NCBI GenBank assembly: GCA_963826115.1
Contig: CAWGVS010000005.1
Span: forward strand, 128,001-192,000
Reading direction: 5' to 3'
DNA from: an uncultured Candidatus Rokubacteria bacterium
GTDB lineage: Bacteria > Methylomirabilota > Methylomirabilia > Rokubacteriales > DASRDR01
DNA length: 64,000 nt
Shown: in pieces, positions 9,199-17,071 of the stretch
Layout of the letters: each line of letters starts with the position of its first letter
Position numbering within the stretch: position 1 is the stretch's first letter
The notes under the pieces: model-generated
What the model was told of the DNA's origin: nothing
What the model saw: only the letters and a program-made list of their open reading frames with translations
The model's database searches: none
Program-made: the position numbers and the translations under genes

Positions 9199-10296
9199 TT
9201 AGGCGGGCGCCGCGATCTGGGTCTGGTAGGTGCCCTCGCCGAGCGAGGCCCAGTCGTGGATCACCGCCTGGAACTTCGCGATGGACGCCGCGACCTTCTT
9301 CGCCTGCGGGGTCTTCTCCGACTCTTCCTTCAGAACCTCGACGGTCAGCTTCTTCAGCTCCTTCAGCGTATCGCTGGAGAGCTGAAGGATCTCGACCTTG
9401 CTCTTGAAGTCGGTCCGCAGCTTCATGAGAGCCGCGGCGTTCTTGTTGTCGTAGTCCATCAGCCCGTACACCTGGACGGCCGCGCAGGCCTCGTCCACGA
9501 TGTGCTTGAGGTCGGCGGGCAGGCTCTCGTAGGCCTTCTTGTTGAAGCCGAACTCGGCGGTGGTGCCGGGCTCGTGCCAGCCGGGATAGTAGTAGTAGCG
9601 CGCGGCGTTGTGGAGCCCGAGCTTCATGTCGTCGTGCGGGCCGACCCACTCGGTCGAGTCGATGACGCCGCGCTCGAGCGCGGTGTAGATCTCGCCGCCG
9701 GGGGTGAGGACGACGGTGCCGCCCGCCTTCGCCACGACCTTCCCGCCGAGGCCCGGGATCCGCATCTTCAGGCCCTTCAGGTCCGCCGCGCTGTTGATCT
9801 TCCTCCGGAACCAGCCCGCCATCTGGGGGCCCGTCGACGGGCCGGGGCGCGGCACCAGGTTGAACGCGCTGTACGTCTCCTCCCAGAGCTTGAGCCCGTC
9901 GCCGTGGAGGTACCAGCCCATCATGCCCTCGGGGTTCATGCCGAAGGGCACGGCCGAGAACCACTGAACCGCCGGCTCCTTGCCGGCCCAGTAGTAGGGG
10001 GCGCCCATGAAGCACTCGATGGTGCCCTGCTGGGCTGCGTCGAAGCAGCCGAAGGCGGGCATCAGCTCGCCGCCGGCGAACACCTGGATCTTGAGGCGGC
10101 CGCCGCTCATCTCGTCGACGAGGCGACCCATCGTCTGAGCGGCGCCCTGCAGGACGTCCAGCGCGGGGGTCCAGGTGGTCGACATTCGCCACTGGAACCG
10201 CTGCTGGGCGATGACGTTGGGAGCGTCGACCGTGACCGCCGCCGTTGCGGCCACGAGCGCGCCACCCGCCTTCACGATGAACTTGCGCCGTTGCAT
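9199..10296 (-). CDS. dctP: TRAP substrate-binding protein (TakP/keto-acid type), Tat-like signal
   Basis: MQRRKFI signal, QMAGWFR, GLKMRIPGLGG, EWVGPHDD, YYYPGWHEPG; GGAGG RBS. Confidence 0.93.
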   Translation of the reverse strand: MQRRKFIVKAGGALVAATAAVTVDAPNVIAQQRFQWRMSTTWTPALDVLQGAAQTMGRLVDEMSGGRLKIQVFAGGELMPAFGCFDAAQQGTIECFMGAPYYWAGKEPAVQWFSAVPFGMNPEGMMGWYLHGDGLKLWEETYSAFNLVPRPGPSTGPQMAGWFRRKINSAADLKGLKMRIPGLGGKVVAKAGGTVVLTPGGEIYTALERGVIDSTEWVGPHDDMKLGLHNAARYYYYPGWHEPGTTAEFGFNKKAYESLPADLKHIVDEACAAVQVYGLMDYDNKNAAALMKLRTDFKSKVEILQLSSDTLKELKKLTVEVLKEESEKTPQAKKVAASIAKFQAVIHDWASLGEGTYQTQIAAPA

Positions 10297-10348
10297 GGGC
10301 ACCTCCCGCATTGGAGTGGGAACACGCCGCGCCTCGAAAACTGGCGCG

Positions 10349-10421
10349 ATCTTAGCACCCGGCTTCGACGAGGGTCAAACCGCCAGCTGCCTTGACAGGG
10401 CTTCCAGCGACGGGCTAAATA
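10349..10421. promoter_or_regulatory. Back-to-back sigma70-type promoters (dctP / ABC binding protein)
   Basis: Minus strand TTGACC-18-TAAGAT (10378-10349); plus strand TTGACA-18-TAAATA (10392-10421). Confidence 0.55.
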
Positions 10422-10450
10422 CCCGAGCGACCGACGGAAGGAGACTCGCC

Positions 10451-11794
10451 GTGCCGCGCTCCATGGGCCCCAGCAGACGCGACGTTCTGGCCGGCGCGGC
10501 CGCGGCCGCCGCCTCGGGGCTCGCCCCTGCCATCGCGCGCCGCGCGCACGCCGCCCCTCCGGTCCTGCGAATCGCCCAGTGGACCCACTTCGTGCCCGGC
10601 TACGACGAGTGGCTCGACCGGAAGTTCTCGCGGGAATGGGGCGAGCGGAACGGGGTCACCGTCGAGATCGACCACCTCGCGCTCAGCGAGCTCAGGGCGC
10701 GCGCCGACACCGAGGTCGGGACCCAGCAGGGACACGACCTCTTCGCGTTCCCGGAGCCTCCGGCCGCGTACGAGGCCTACGTGACGCCCCTGACGGAGGT
10801 CGTCGCGGAGTGCGAGCGCCGGTTCGGGCGCCTCCCGGGCTTCATCCACAAGGGCACGTTCAACCCGCGGACGAAGCAGTACTTCGCGCTCCCCGAGAGC
10901 TGGGCCCCGGCGCCGCTCCACTACCGGACCGACCTGTGGGGGGAGGCCGGCCTCAAGCCCGACACGTGGGAGCTGCTCCGCGACGGCGCCCGGAAGATCC
11001 GCGAGAAGCGAGGGATTCCGGCGGGATTCGGGCTCGCCCCCGAGCCCGACAGCAACATGACGCTCCGCGGCCTCCTGTGGGCCTTCGGTGCCGCCGAGCA
11101 GGACGAGTCCGGGCAGGTCGCCATCAACTCGCCCGCGACGATCCAGGCGGTCAAGCTGATGGCCACGATCTACCGGGAGTCCATGATCTCGGACGTCTTC
11201 CTGTGGGACGCGGCCTCCAACAACCGCGCGTTCGTCTGGGGGCAGGCGTCGATCATCCAGAACGCGATCTCGGCGATCCGGAGCATGGAGAAGAGCAACC
11301 CGGAGCTCGCGAAGAAGGCCACGCTCGCGCCGCCCGCCGCGGGGCCGGCCGCGCGCCTGGCGCCGGCGAACGTGCTCCACTGCTACGTGCTCTGGAAGTT
11401 CTCGGACAAGGCCGATCTCGCCAAGCGATTCCTGATCGACCTCGTGGCGGCCGGCGACGACGCGTTCCGCGCGAGCGAGTTCTACAACCTGCCCAGCTTT
11501 CCCCGCGCGGTCCACGACCTGCCGAAGAAGGTCGGCGCCGGGAAGCCTGGCCCGGGCGGGAAGTCCGCCGCGGGGATCCCCGCGGACCGCTACGTGCTCC
11601 TGGCCGAGGCCGACCGCTGGAGCGCCGCGCCCGGACATCCGGGGTACTTCACCGCGGCCATCGACGAGACCCTGCAGCGGGGGATCATCCCGCTCATGTT
11701 CGCGCGGGCCGCGCGCGGCGACCAGTCGCCCGAGGTTGCCGTGCGGGCCGCCGAGACGGAGATGCGCCGCATCTTCGCCCGCTGGCAGCGGTGA
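10451..11794 (+). CDS. ABC transporter extracellular solute-binding protein (family 1), Tat signal
   Basis: SRRDVL...AHA Tat signal, QWTHFVPGYD, YRTDLW, WDAASNNRA; AAGGAG RBS before GTG. Confidence 0.85.
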   Translation: MPRSMGPSRRDVLAGAAAAAASGLAPAIARRAHAAPPVLRIAQWTHFVPGYDEWLDRKFSREWGERNGVTVEIDHLALSELRARADTEVGTQQGHDLFAFPEPPAAYEAYVTPLTEVVAECERRFGRLPGFIHKGTFNPRTKQYFALPESWAPAPLHYRTDLWGEAGLKPDTWELLRDGARKIREKRGIPAGFGLAPEPDSNMTLRGLLWAFGAAEQDESGQVAINSPATIQAVKLMATIYRESMISDVFLWDAASNNRAFVWGQASIIQNAISAIRSMEKSNPELAKKATLAPPAAGPAARLAPANVLHCYVLWKFSDKADLAKRFLIDLVAAGDDAFRASEFYNLPSFPRAVHDLPKKVGAGKPGPGGKSAAGIPADRYVLLAEADRWSAAPGHPGYFTAAIDETLQRGIIPLMFARAARGDQSPEVAVRAAETEMRRIFARWQR

Positions 11795-11822
11795 GCCCGG
11801 ACGCGCCGGTGGCGCCCACGGC

Positions 11823-12716
11823 ATGAAGCGGCTCGCCGCGAAGCACGCCTTCTTCCACTTCGATCCCGCGCACCCGCCGGCGCTCAGGATCAAGCCGGGG
11901 GAGGAGCTGCTGATCGAGGTCCAGGACGCTTTCGGGGGCGAGCGGGACATCGCGCGAGTTCCCGATCCATTCACCTCGGAGTGGGAGGGGCATCCGACGC
12001 CGCCGGCCACGGGGCCCGTATACGTCGAGGGGGCGGCGCCGGGGCAGACCCTCGCCATCGACATCCTCGAGATCAAGCCGGCATCCGAGGGCTTCGTCGC
12101 CATCCAGCGCAACGCGGGCTTCCTCCCGGACCGCTTCCCCACGCCGCGGATCAAGCGCATCCCGATCCGGGACGGCACCGTCCTCTTCGACGGACTTCGC
12201 CTGCCCGCATATCCGAACTTCGGCACCTTCTCGACGACCCCGGCCTCGGGCGGCCGGGCGGGCATCGCGGGCTTCCACGGGGGCGACCTCGACCAGAAGG
12301 AGGTGGCGGCGGGTAACCGCGTCTACCTCCCGATCTTCGTCCCGGGCGCGCTGTTCGGGCTCGGGGATCCCCACGCGATCATCTCGGACGGCATCGCCTG
12401 CGGAACCGGGGTCGAGTGCGCGGCGACCGCGCGGCTTCGCTTCGAGGTCCTGCCCGAGACGGTGGCGCGTCCCCGTATCGAGACGCCGACGGCGCTCCAC
12501 ATCGTCGGCTTCGGGCCCGATCTCGACAGCGCCGCCCGCGACGCCGTCGACCAGGGCGTGGCTTACCTGGTCGAGAGCCACGGGATGGACGCCGAGGACG
12601 CCTACATGCTCCTGTCCCTCGTGGGGGACCTCGTCGTCGGCACCTCGCCGCGCCCGATCATGGGCGTGCGGCTGGTCGTCCCGAAGTCGGTCCTCGCCCA
12701 GCTCTCCAAGGGCTGA
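11823..12716 (+). CDS. Acetamidase/formamidase family protein
   Basis: TGPVYVEGAAPG, HGGDLD, YLPIFVPGALFGLGDPHA..DG, DAYMLLSL. Confidence 0.88.
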   Translation: MKRLAAKHAFFHFDPAHPPALRIKPGEELLIEVQDAFGGERDIARVPDPFTSEWEGHPTPPATGPVYVEGAAPGQTLAIDILEIKPASEGFVAIQRNAGFLPDRFPTPRIKRIPIRDGTVLFDGLRLPAYPNFGTFSTTPASGGRAGIAGFHGGDLDQKEVAAGNRVYLPIFVPGALFGLGDPHAIISDGIACGTGVECAATARLRFEVLPETVARPRIETPTALHIVGFGPDLDSAARDAVDQGVAYLVESHGMDAEDAYMLLSLVGDLVVGTSPRPIMGVRLVVPKSVLAQLSKG

Positions 12717-12792
12717 CCCGCTCTCCGCGCGCCGTTGCGCCTCCCCGGGCCGTCTGTTACAACTGGCGGAGCGGACACGTGCCGCGAAGCCG

Positions 12793-13533
12793 ATGGCGGG
12801 CGAGCTGTCAGTCCTCGTGGCGTTCGTGGGAGGCCTGTTCTCGTTCCTCTCCCCCTGCGTGCTGCCGCTGTTCCCCTCGTACCTCTCCTTCATCACCGGG
12901 ATGTCGCTCGACCAGCTCCAGTCGGCGGCCTCGGACGACCGGCAGCGGCGCTGGATCCTCGCGCACTCGCTCGCCTTCGTCGTCGGGTTCTCGACTGTCT
13001 TCGTGGGGATGGGGGCGTCCTTCAGCGCGCTGGGACAGCTCCTGTTCGACTACCGCGATCAGATCCGGCTCGTGGGCGGCATCCTCATCATCGTCTTCGG
13101 CCTGTACGTCGCCGGGGTGCTCCGCCTGGGGTTCCTCGGCCGCTACCAGCAGATCCAGCTCCGGACGAAGCCGGCGGGGCTTCTCGGCTCCTGGCTGGTC
13201 GGCGTGACGTTCGCGATCGGGTGGACGCCGTGCGTCGGACCGATCCTCGGGTCGATCCTCTCGCTGGCCGGGACGGCCGAGACCGTATCGACGGGGGTCG
13301 CGCTCCTGGTCGCGTACTCCGCCGGGCTCGCGCTGCCGTTCGTCCTCTCCTCGGTGGCGCTCGGCGCGTTCCTGACCGCGTTCCGCCGATACCGCCCGTG
13401 GATGCCCGTCGTCGAGCGCGTGGCCGGCGCGCTGCTGGTCGTGGTCGGCATCCTGGTCGCCACCAACTACTTCATCGTCCTCAACTCGTACGCGCTGAGC
13501 CTCACGCCCCAGTGGCTGCTCAAGCGCCTGTAG
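12793..13533 (+). CDS. ccdA: Cytochrome c biogenesis/thiol-disulfide transporter CcdA
   Basis: SFLSPCVLPL and GWTPCVGPILG motifs, 6 TM segments; upstream TTGCGC-17-TACAAC promoter candidate at 12735-12763. Confidence 0.93.
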   Translation: MAGELSVLVAFVGGLFSFLSPCVLPLFPSYLSFITGMSLDQLQSAASDDRQRRWILAHSLAFVVGFSTVFVGMGASFSALGQLLFDYRDQIRLVGGILIIVFGLYVAGVLRLGFLGRYQQIQLRTKPAGLLGSWLVGVTFAIGWTPCVGPILGSILSLAGTAETVSTGVALLVAYSAGLALPFVLSSVALGAFLTAFRRYRPWMPVVERVAGALLVVVGILVATNYFIVLNSYALSLTPQWLLKRL

Positions 13534-13577
13534 GACGGGCGGGCCTCCGGGACCGCGCGCGCCGGCGGGCCTGAGCC

Positions 13578-14486
13578 GTGGCGGTCCGTGTCACCGTTCC
13601 CGCGAGCTCGGCGAACTTCGGGCCGGGCTTTGACGTGCTCGGGGTGGCGCTCGCCCTCTACAACGTCGCCGAGCTCGCGGAGGCCGACGGGGTCTCGGTC
13701 GACGTCGAGGGCGAGGGCGCGGCGAGCCTCCCGAGGGACGCCCGGAACGTGGTGATCCGCGGCGCCCGCCTCGTGTACGAGGCCGCCGGCCGTCCGTTCC
13801 GCGGGCTGGCCGTGCGCCAGCGGAATCGCATCCCGCCGAGCCGCGGCCTCGGGTCGAGCGGGAGCGCGTGGCTGGCCGGCATCCTGGGCGCGAACGCAAT
13901 CCTCGGCGACCCTCTGGGGCCGGACGCGGTGATGGACCTCGCAGTCGCGCAGGAAGGGCACCCGGACAACCTGGGCGCCTCCCTCCGGGGCGGCGTGACG
14001 GTGACCGTCTGGGATGCCGAGACCCGGGCCGTGGTGTCGCTGCCCGTGCCCGACGGCATCGAGTTCGCGCTGCTCGTCCCGGACTTCGAGGCGTCCACCG
14101 CGGCGGCGCGCGCGGCGCTCCCCGCGAGCTACCCGCGTCGCGACGCGGTCTTCAACGTGACGCGCGTCGCCCTCCTGGTGGCGGCGTGGACCCAGGCGCG
14201 GTGGGACCTGGTCGGGCAGGCCATGGGCGACCGGCTCCACCAGCCGTACCGGAGCCGCGCGATGTTCCCGTGGCTCGACGGCGTGATGGCGGCCGCGCGC
14301 GATGCCGGCGCGCTCGGCGCGGCCCTGTCGGGAGCCGGCCCCTCGGTGCTGGGCCTCGCGCCCGCGGGCGCGGGGGCCGCGGTCGCCCGCGCGATGGCCG
14401 ACGCGCTGGCGGGGACCGGGCGCCGCGGCGCGGGACACGTCCTGGCCGCCGACACGCGAGGCGCGCGGGTCGACCTCCTGCCCTGA
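13578..14486 (+). CDS. thrB: Homoserine kinase
   Basis: VPASSANFGPGFDVLG, IPPSRGLGSS, EGHPDN, DRLHQPYR, LSGAGPS. Confidence 0.95.
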   Translation: MAVRVTVPASSANFGPGFDVLGVALALYNVAELAEADGVSVDVEGEGAASLPRDARNVVIRGARLVYEAAGRPFRGLAVRQRNRIPPSRGLGSSGSAWLAGILGANAILGDPLGPDAVMDLAVAQEGHPDNLGASLRGGVTVTVWDAETRAVVSLPVPDGIEFALLVPDFEASTAAARAALPASYPRRDAVFNVTRVALLVAAWTQARWDLVGQAMGDRLHQPYRSRAMFPWLDGVMAAARDAGALGAALSGAGPSVLGLAPAGAGAAVARAMADALAGTGRRGAGHVLAADTRGARVDLLP

Positions 14487-14513
14487 CGGGGTCCCGGCGC
14501 GCTCCGCCGGGGG

Positions 14514-14542
14514 TTGACGGGTCGGGGGGCCCTTGCTATCGT
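14514..14542 (+). promoter_or_regulatory. sigma70-type promoter preceding a ~200-nt leader
   Basis: TTGACG-17-TATCGT with extended TG. Confidence 0.7.
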
Positions 14543-14755
14543 CGCGGCAACCCAGCAACCACTCGTCAAGCGTGGCACTTTCCGTTCGACCCTGGGTCCC
14601 TACACCCCGCTGAGCGAGCCGCTCGCACTCGTCCGCCGCTTGCCGTCCCGCGTCCCCGCGCACCGGGCATCCCGATCCTTCCAGGAGGTGAGACCGCGCC
14701 GCGACCGTCCCGCACGCTCCTCCGCCCCTCGTTCGTCAAAGGAGACGCACGACCC

Positions 14756-15103
14756 ATGAGCCAGGACAAGGTGTTGACGTGCCGCGACTGCGGCAAGGAG
14801 TTCCTGTTCACGGCCGGCGAGCAGAGCTTCTACGCCGAGAAGGGTTTCGAGCACGAGCCGACCCGGTGCCGCAATTGCCGGGCGACGCGGAAGGGCGGGA
14901 GCGCGGGCGGCGGCGGGATGAGCGGGGACACCGGAGGCCGCGCGCTCCATCCCGCGGTGTGCTCGGAGTGCGGCAAGGAGACGCAGGTGCCGTTCCGGCC
15001 GACCGCGGGCAAGCCGGTGTACTGCCGAGACTGCTTCCAGAAGCGGGGGAACGGCGGCGGTGGCCGGCCCGGCGGCCGGCGCAGCCCCGCCTACTTGGAC
15101 TGA
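14756..15103 (+). CDS. Zinc-ribbon domain protein with CxxC-x17-CxxC domain
   Basis: LTCRDCGKEFLFTAGEQSFYAEKGF..EPTRCRNCR and AVCSECGKETQVPFRPTAGKPVYCRDCF; AAAGGAGA RBS. Confidence 0.92.
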   Translation: MSQDKVLTCRDCGKEFLFTAGEQSFYAEKGFEHEPTRCRNCRATRKGGSAGGGGMSGDTGGRALHPAVCSECGKETQVPFRPTAGKPVYCRDCFQKRGNGGGGRPGGRRSPAYLD

Positions 15104-15315
15104 GGGGACTCCTCGGGCGGCTCGCGCAGGGCCTCGACGATCACCACGACGAGCCCGGCGAGCGCCAGCGCGATTCCTCCGGCGATGCCGGCGGAAAACG
15201 GGTTCGGCAGGACCTTGCCCGAGAAGAACATGAGCCCGATGCCGAAGGCCAGCATCCCGAAGCCGAGACGCAGGCGCGGCGTGAGGACGGGCTCGGACGA
15301 GGGATCCTGCGGCAT
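15091..15315 (-). CDS. Small membrane protein (2 TM), hypothetical
   Basis: 74 aa with two hydrophobic helices; TTGACT-17-TACAGT promoter lies 7 nt upstream of the ATG. Confidence 0.7.
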   Translation of the reverse strand: MPQDPSSEPVLTPRLRLGFGMLAFGIGLMFFSGKVLPNPFSAGIAGGIALALAGLVVVIVEALREPPEESPQSK

Positions 15316-15384
15316 CGCCGGTACTGTAGCGAGGCGTCCGAATACAGTCAAACGCAATCCGGGGATGGAGAGGGGAGGGTGGTG

Positions 15385-15864
15385 ATGAGCAAGGCGCCCG
15401 TCATGCTCCTGGTGACCGCGACCGTCGCGTCCGTCCTGATCGGCTGGTTGCCGTCGTCGCGACTCGCGGAGGCGGACTCCCTTGGAGATCCCGTGGCCTT
15501 CGCCCTGTGCACGGCCGAGGGCGCCCAGGCGGTGGAGAAGTGCCAGGCGGTCGGGGACCCCCCGGCTTACCAGGTTCCCAATCGCCGTCGACTGATCATC
15601 GAGCAGGTCTCCGGCGACTGCGGCGGCGACGGCGCACCGGGAGAGCCGCTCCGGATGACGATCGTCGCCCAGACCGGCGGCGTCGTGGTGGAGCACGCGA
15701 TCATCGGCATCCCGCGTCCGCCGCAGCCCGGTGGTCTCATCCCGTTGACGCGGACCCGCATCTACGCGGACGCCAAGTCATCGGTGACGATCGGGCTGAC
15801 GGAGATCCCCGCCTTCTCCGGGCGCTTCTGCCGTGTCGCGTTTTCCGGCCTTCTGGTCAAGTGA
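15385..15864 (+). CDS. Hypothetical secreted protein
   Basis: Signal-like N-terminus, four Cys, YQVPNRRRLIIEQVSG...FSGLLVK; GGAGG RBS. Confidence 0.65.
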   Translation: MSKAPVMLLVTATVASVLIGWLPSSRLAEADSLGDPVAFALCTAEGAQAVEKCQAVGDPPAYQVPNRRRLIIEQVSGDCGGDGAPGEPLRMTIVAQTGGVVVEHAIIGIPRPPQPGGLIPLTRTRIYADAKSSVTIGLTEIPAFSGRFCRVAFSGLLVK

Positions 15865-15920
15865 CCGCCGCAGAAGGCGTTCGCCATGCCCCGCTGCGAG
15901 GCGCGAAGGGCGCAAAAGGC

Positions 15921-15949
15921 TTGACTGCCCTGGGGCCGAAGGCTACCCT
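15921..15949 (+). promoter_or_regulatory. sigma70-type promoter for dcd-pup-fmdB
   Basis: TTGACT-17-TACCCT. Confidence 0.6.
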
Positions 15950-15997
15950 GAGGCTGGCTCATGGAGAGCGGTTCGCCGCCCGTGAGCCGGTGCCCGT

Positions 15998-16552
15998 GTG
16001 ACGATCAAGAGCGATCGCTGGATCAAGCGGATGGCCCTCGACAAGGGCATGATCGAGCCCTTCGAGGAGCGGCAGTTTCGTTCCGGGGTGATCTCCTACG
16101 GGCTCTCGTCCTACGGGTACGACATCCGGATCGCCGATTCGTTCAAGATCTTCACGAACGTGTTCAACACCGTCGTCGACCCGAAGTCGTTCGACTCCCG
16201 GTCTTTCGTCGACTTCCAGGGCGACACGTGCGTGATTCCGCCGAACTCGTTCGCGCTCGGCCGCTCGATCGAGTACTTCCGGATCCCCCGCAACATCATG
16301 ACCATCTGCGTAGGCAAGTCGACGTACGCGCGGTGCGGCATCATCACGAACGTGACGCCGTTCGAGCCGGAATGGGAAGGCTTCGTGACGCTCGAGATCT
16401 CGAACACGACGCCGCTGCCGGCCCGGATCTACGCCAACGAGGGGATCGCCCAGGTGCTGTTCTTCGAGTCGGATGAGTCCTGTGCGGTCTCCTACGCGGA
16501 CCGGCAGGGCAAGTACCAGGCGCAGCAGGGCATCGTATTGCCCAAGGTGTAA
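15998..16552 (+). CDS. dcd: dCTP deaminase
   Basis: [54 protein letters not shown]. Confidence 0.97.
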   Translation: MTIKSDRWIKRMALDKGMIEPFEERQFRSGVISYGLSSYGYDIRIADSFKIFTNVFNTVVDPKSFDSRSFVDFQGDTCVIPPNSFALGRSIEYFRIPRNIMTICVGKSTYARCGIITNVTPFEPEWEGFVTLEISNTTPLPARIYANEGIAQVLFFESDESCAVSYADRQGKYQAQQGIVLPKV

Positions 16553-16561
16553 GGGGGCGAC

Positions 16562-16762
16562 ATGGCCGAGCAACAGAAGAAGAAGGTCGAGCGCCCGAAG
16601 GGCGACGGGGACGGCGACGGGGCGGCCGCGAACCCCGAGGTGTCCAAGAAGGGCAAGAAGATCAAGGAAGACCTCGACAAGCTCCTGGACGAGATCGACG
16701 ACATCCTCGAGGAGAACGCCGAGGAGTTCGTGAAGAGTTACGTCCAGCGGGGCGGGGAGTAG
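16562..16762 (+). CDS. pup: Prokaryotic ubiquitin-like protein Pup (GGE type)
   Basis: 66 aa, low-complexity charged N-terminus and C-terminal DKLLDEIDDILEENAEEFVKSYVQRGGE, closely matching the Pup consensus LLDEIDDVLEENAEDFVRAYVQKGG[QE]. Confidence 0.92.
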   Translation: MAEQQKKKVERPKGDGDGDGAAANPEVSKKGKKIKEDLDKLLDEIDDILEENAEEFVKSYVQRGGE

Positions 16763-16768
16763 CCGGCG

Positions 16769-16984
16769 GTGCCGATCTACGAGTACCGCTGCGCGGCGTG
16801 CGGCCGTTCGTTCGAGCGGCTCGTCCACGGCCAGCAGGCGGTGGCGTGCCCCTCGTGCGATAGCCCCGACGTGACGCGCCTCCTGTCCCTGTTCGGCTTC
16901 AAGAGCGGGCAGGGATTCGTGGCGTCGACGAGCGGCGGCGGGGGCGGGTGCGGCTGCGGCCGGGGCGGGTGCGGCTGTCACTGA
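16769..16984 (+). CDS. FmdB-family zinc-ribbon protein with Gly/Cys-rich tail
   Basis: MPIYEYRCAACGRSFE...CPSCDS...GCGCGRGGCGCH. Confidence 0.92.
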   Translation: MPIYEYRCAACGRSFERLVHGQQAVACPSCDSPDVTRLLSLFGFKSGQGFVASTSGGGGGCGCGRGGCGCH

Positions 16985-17016
16985 CGCCCCGGGGGCGAGC
17001 GAGGGCGACGAGCGGC

Positions 17017-17047
17017 AAGGGGGCCCGCAGGCCCCTTTCGCGTTTCT
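17017..17047 (+). terminator. Rho-independent terminator after fmdB
   Basis: AAGGGGGCC-cgca-GGCCCCTTT followed by cgcgtttct. Confidence 0.6.
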
Positions 17048-17071
17048 GGTGATCGGTCGAGGAGGGGCGGC

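Noticed and set aside
14573-14588. sigma54-like TGGCAC in the zinc-ribbon leader
   Set aside because: The -12 element lacks the invariant GC (reads GTTCG)
16562-16762. UBact rather than Pup
   Set aside because: The C-terminus matches Pup (LLDEID..LEENAE.FV..YVQ.GGE), not the UBact-type YRQRxGE ending
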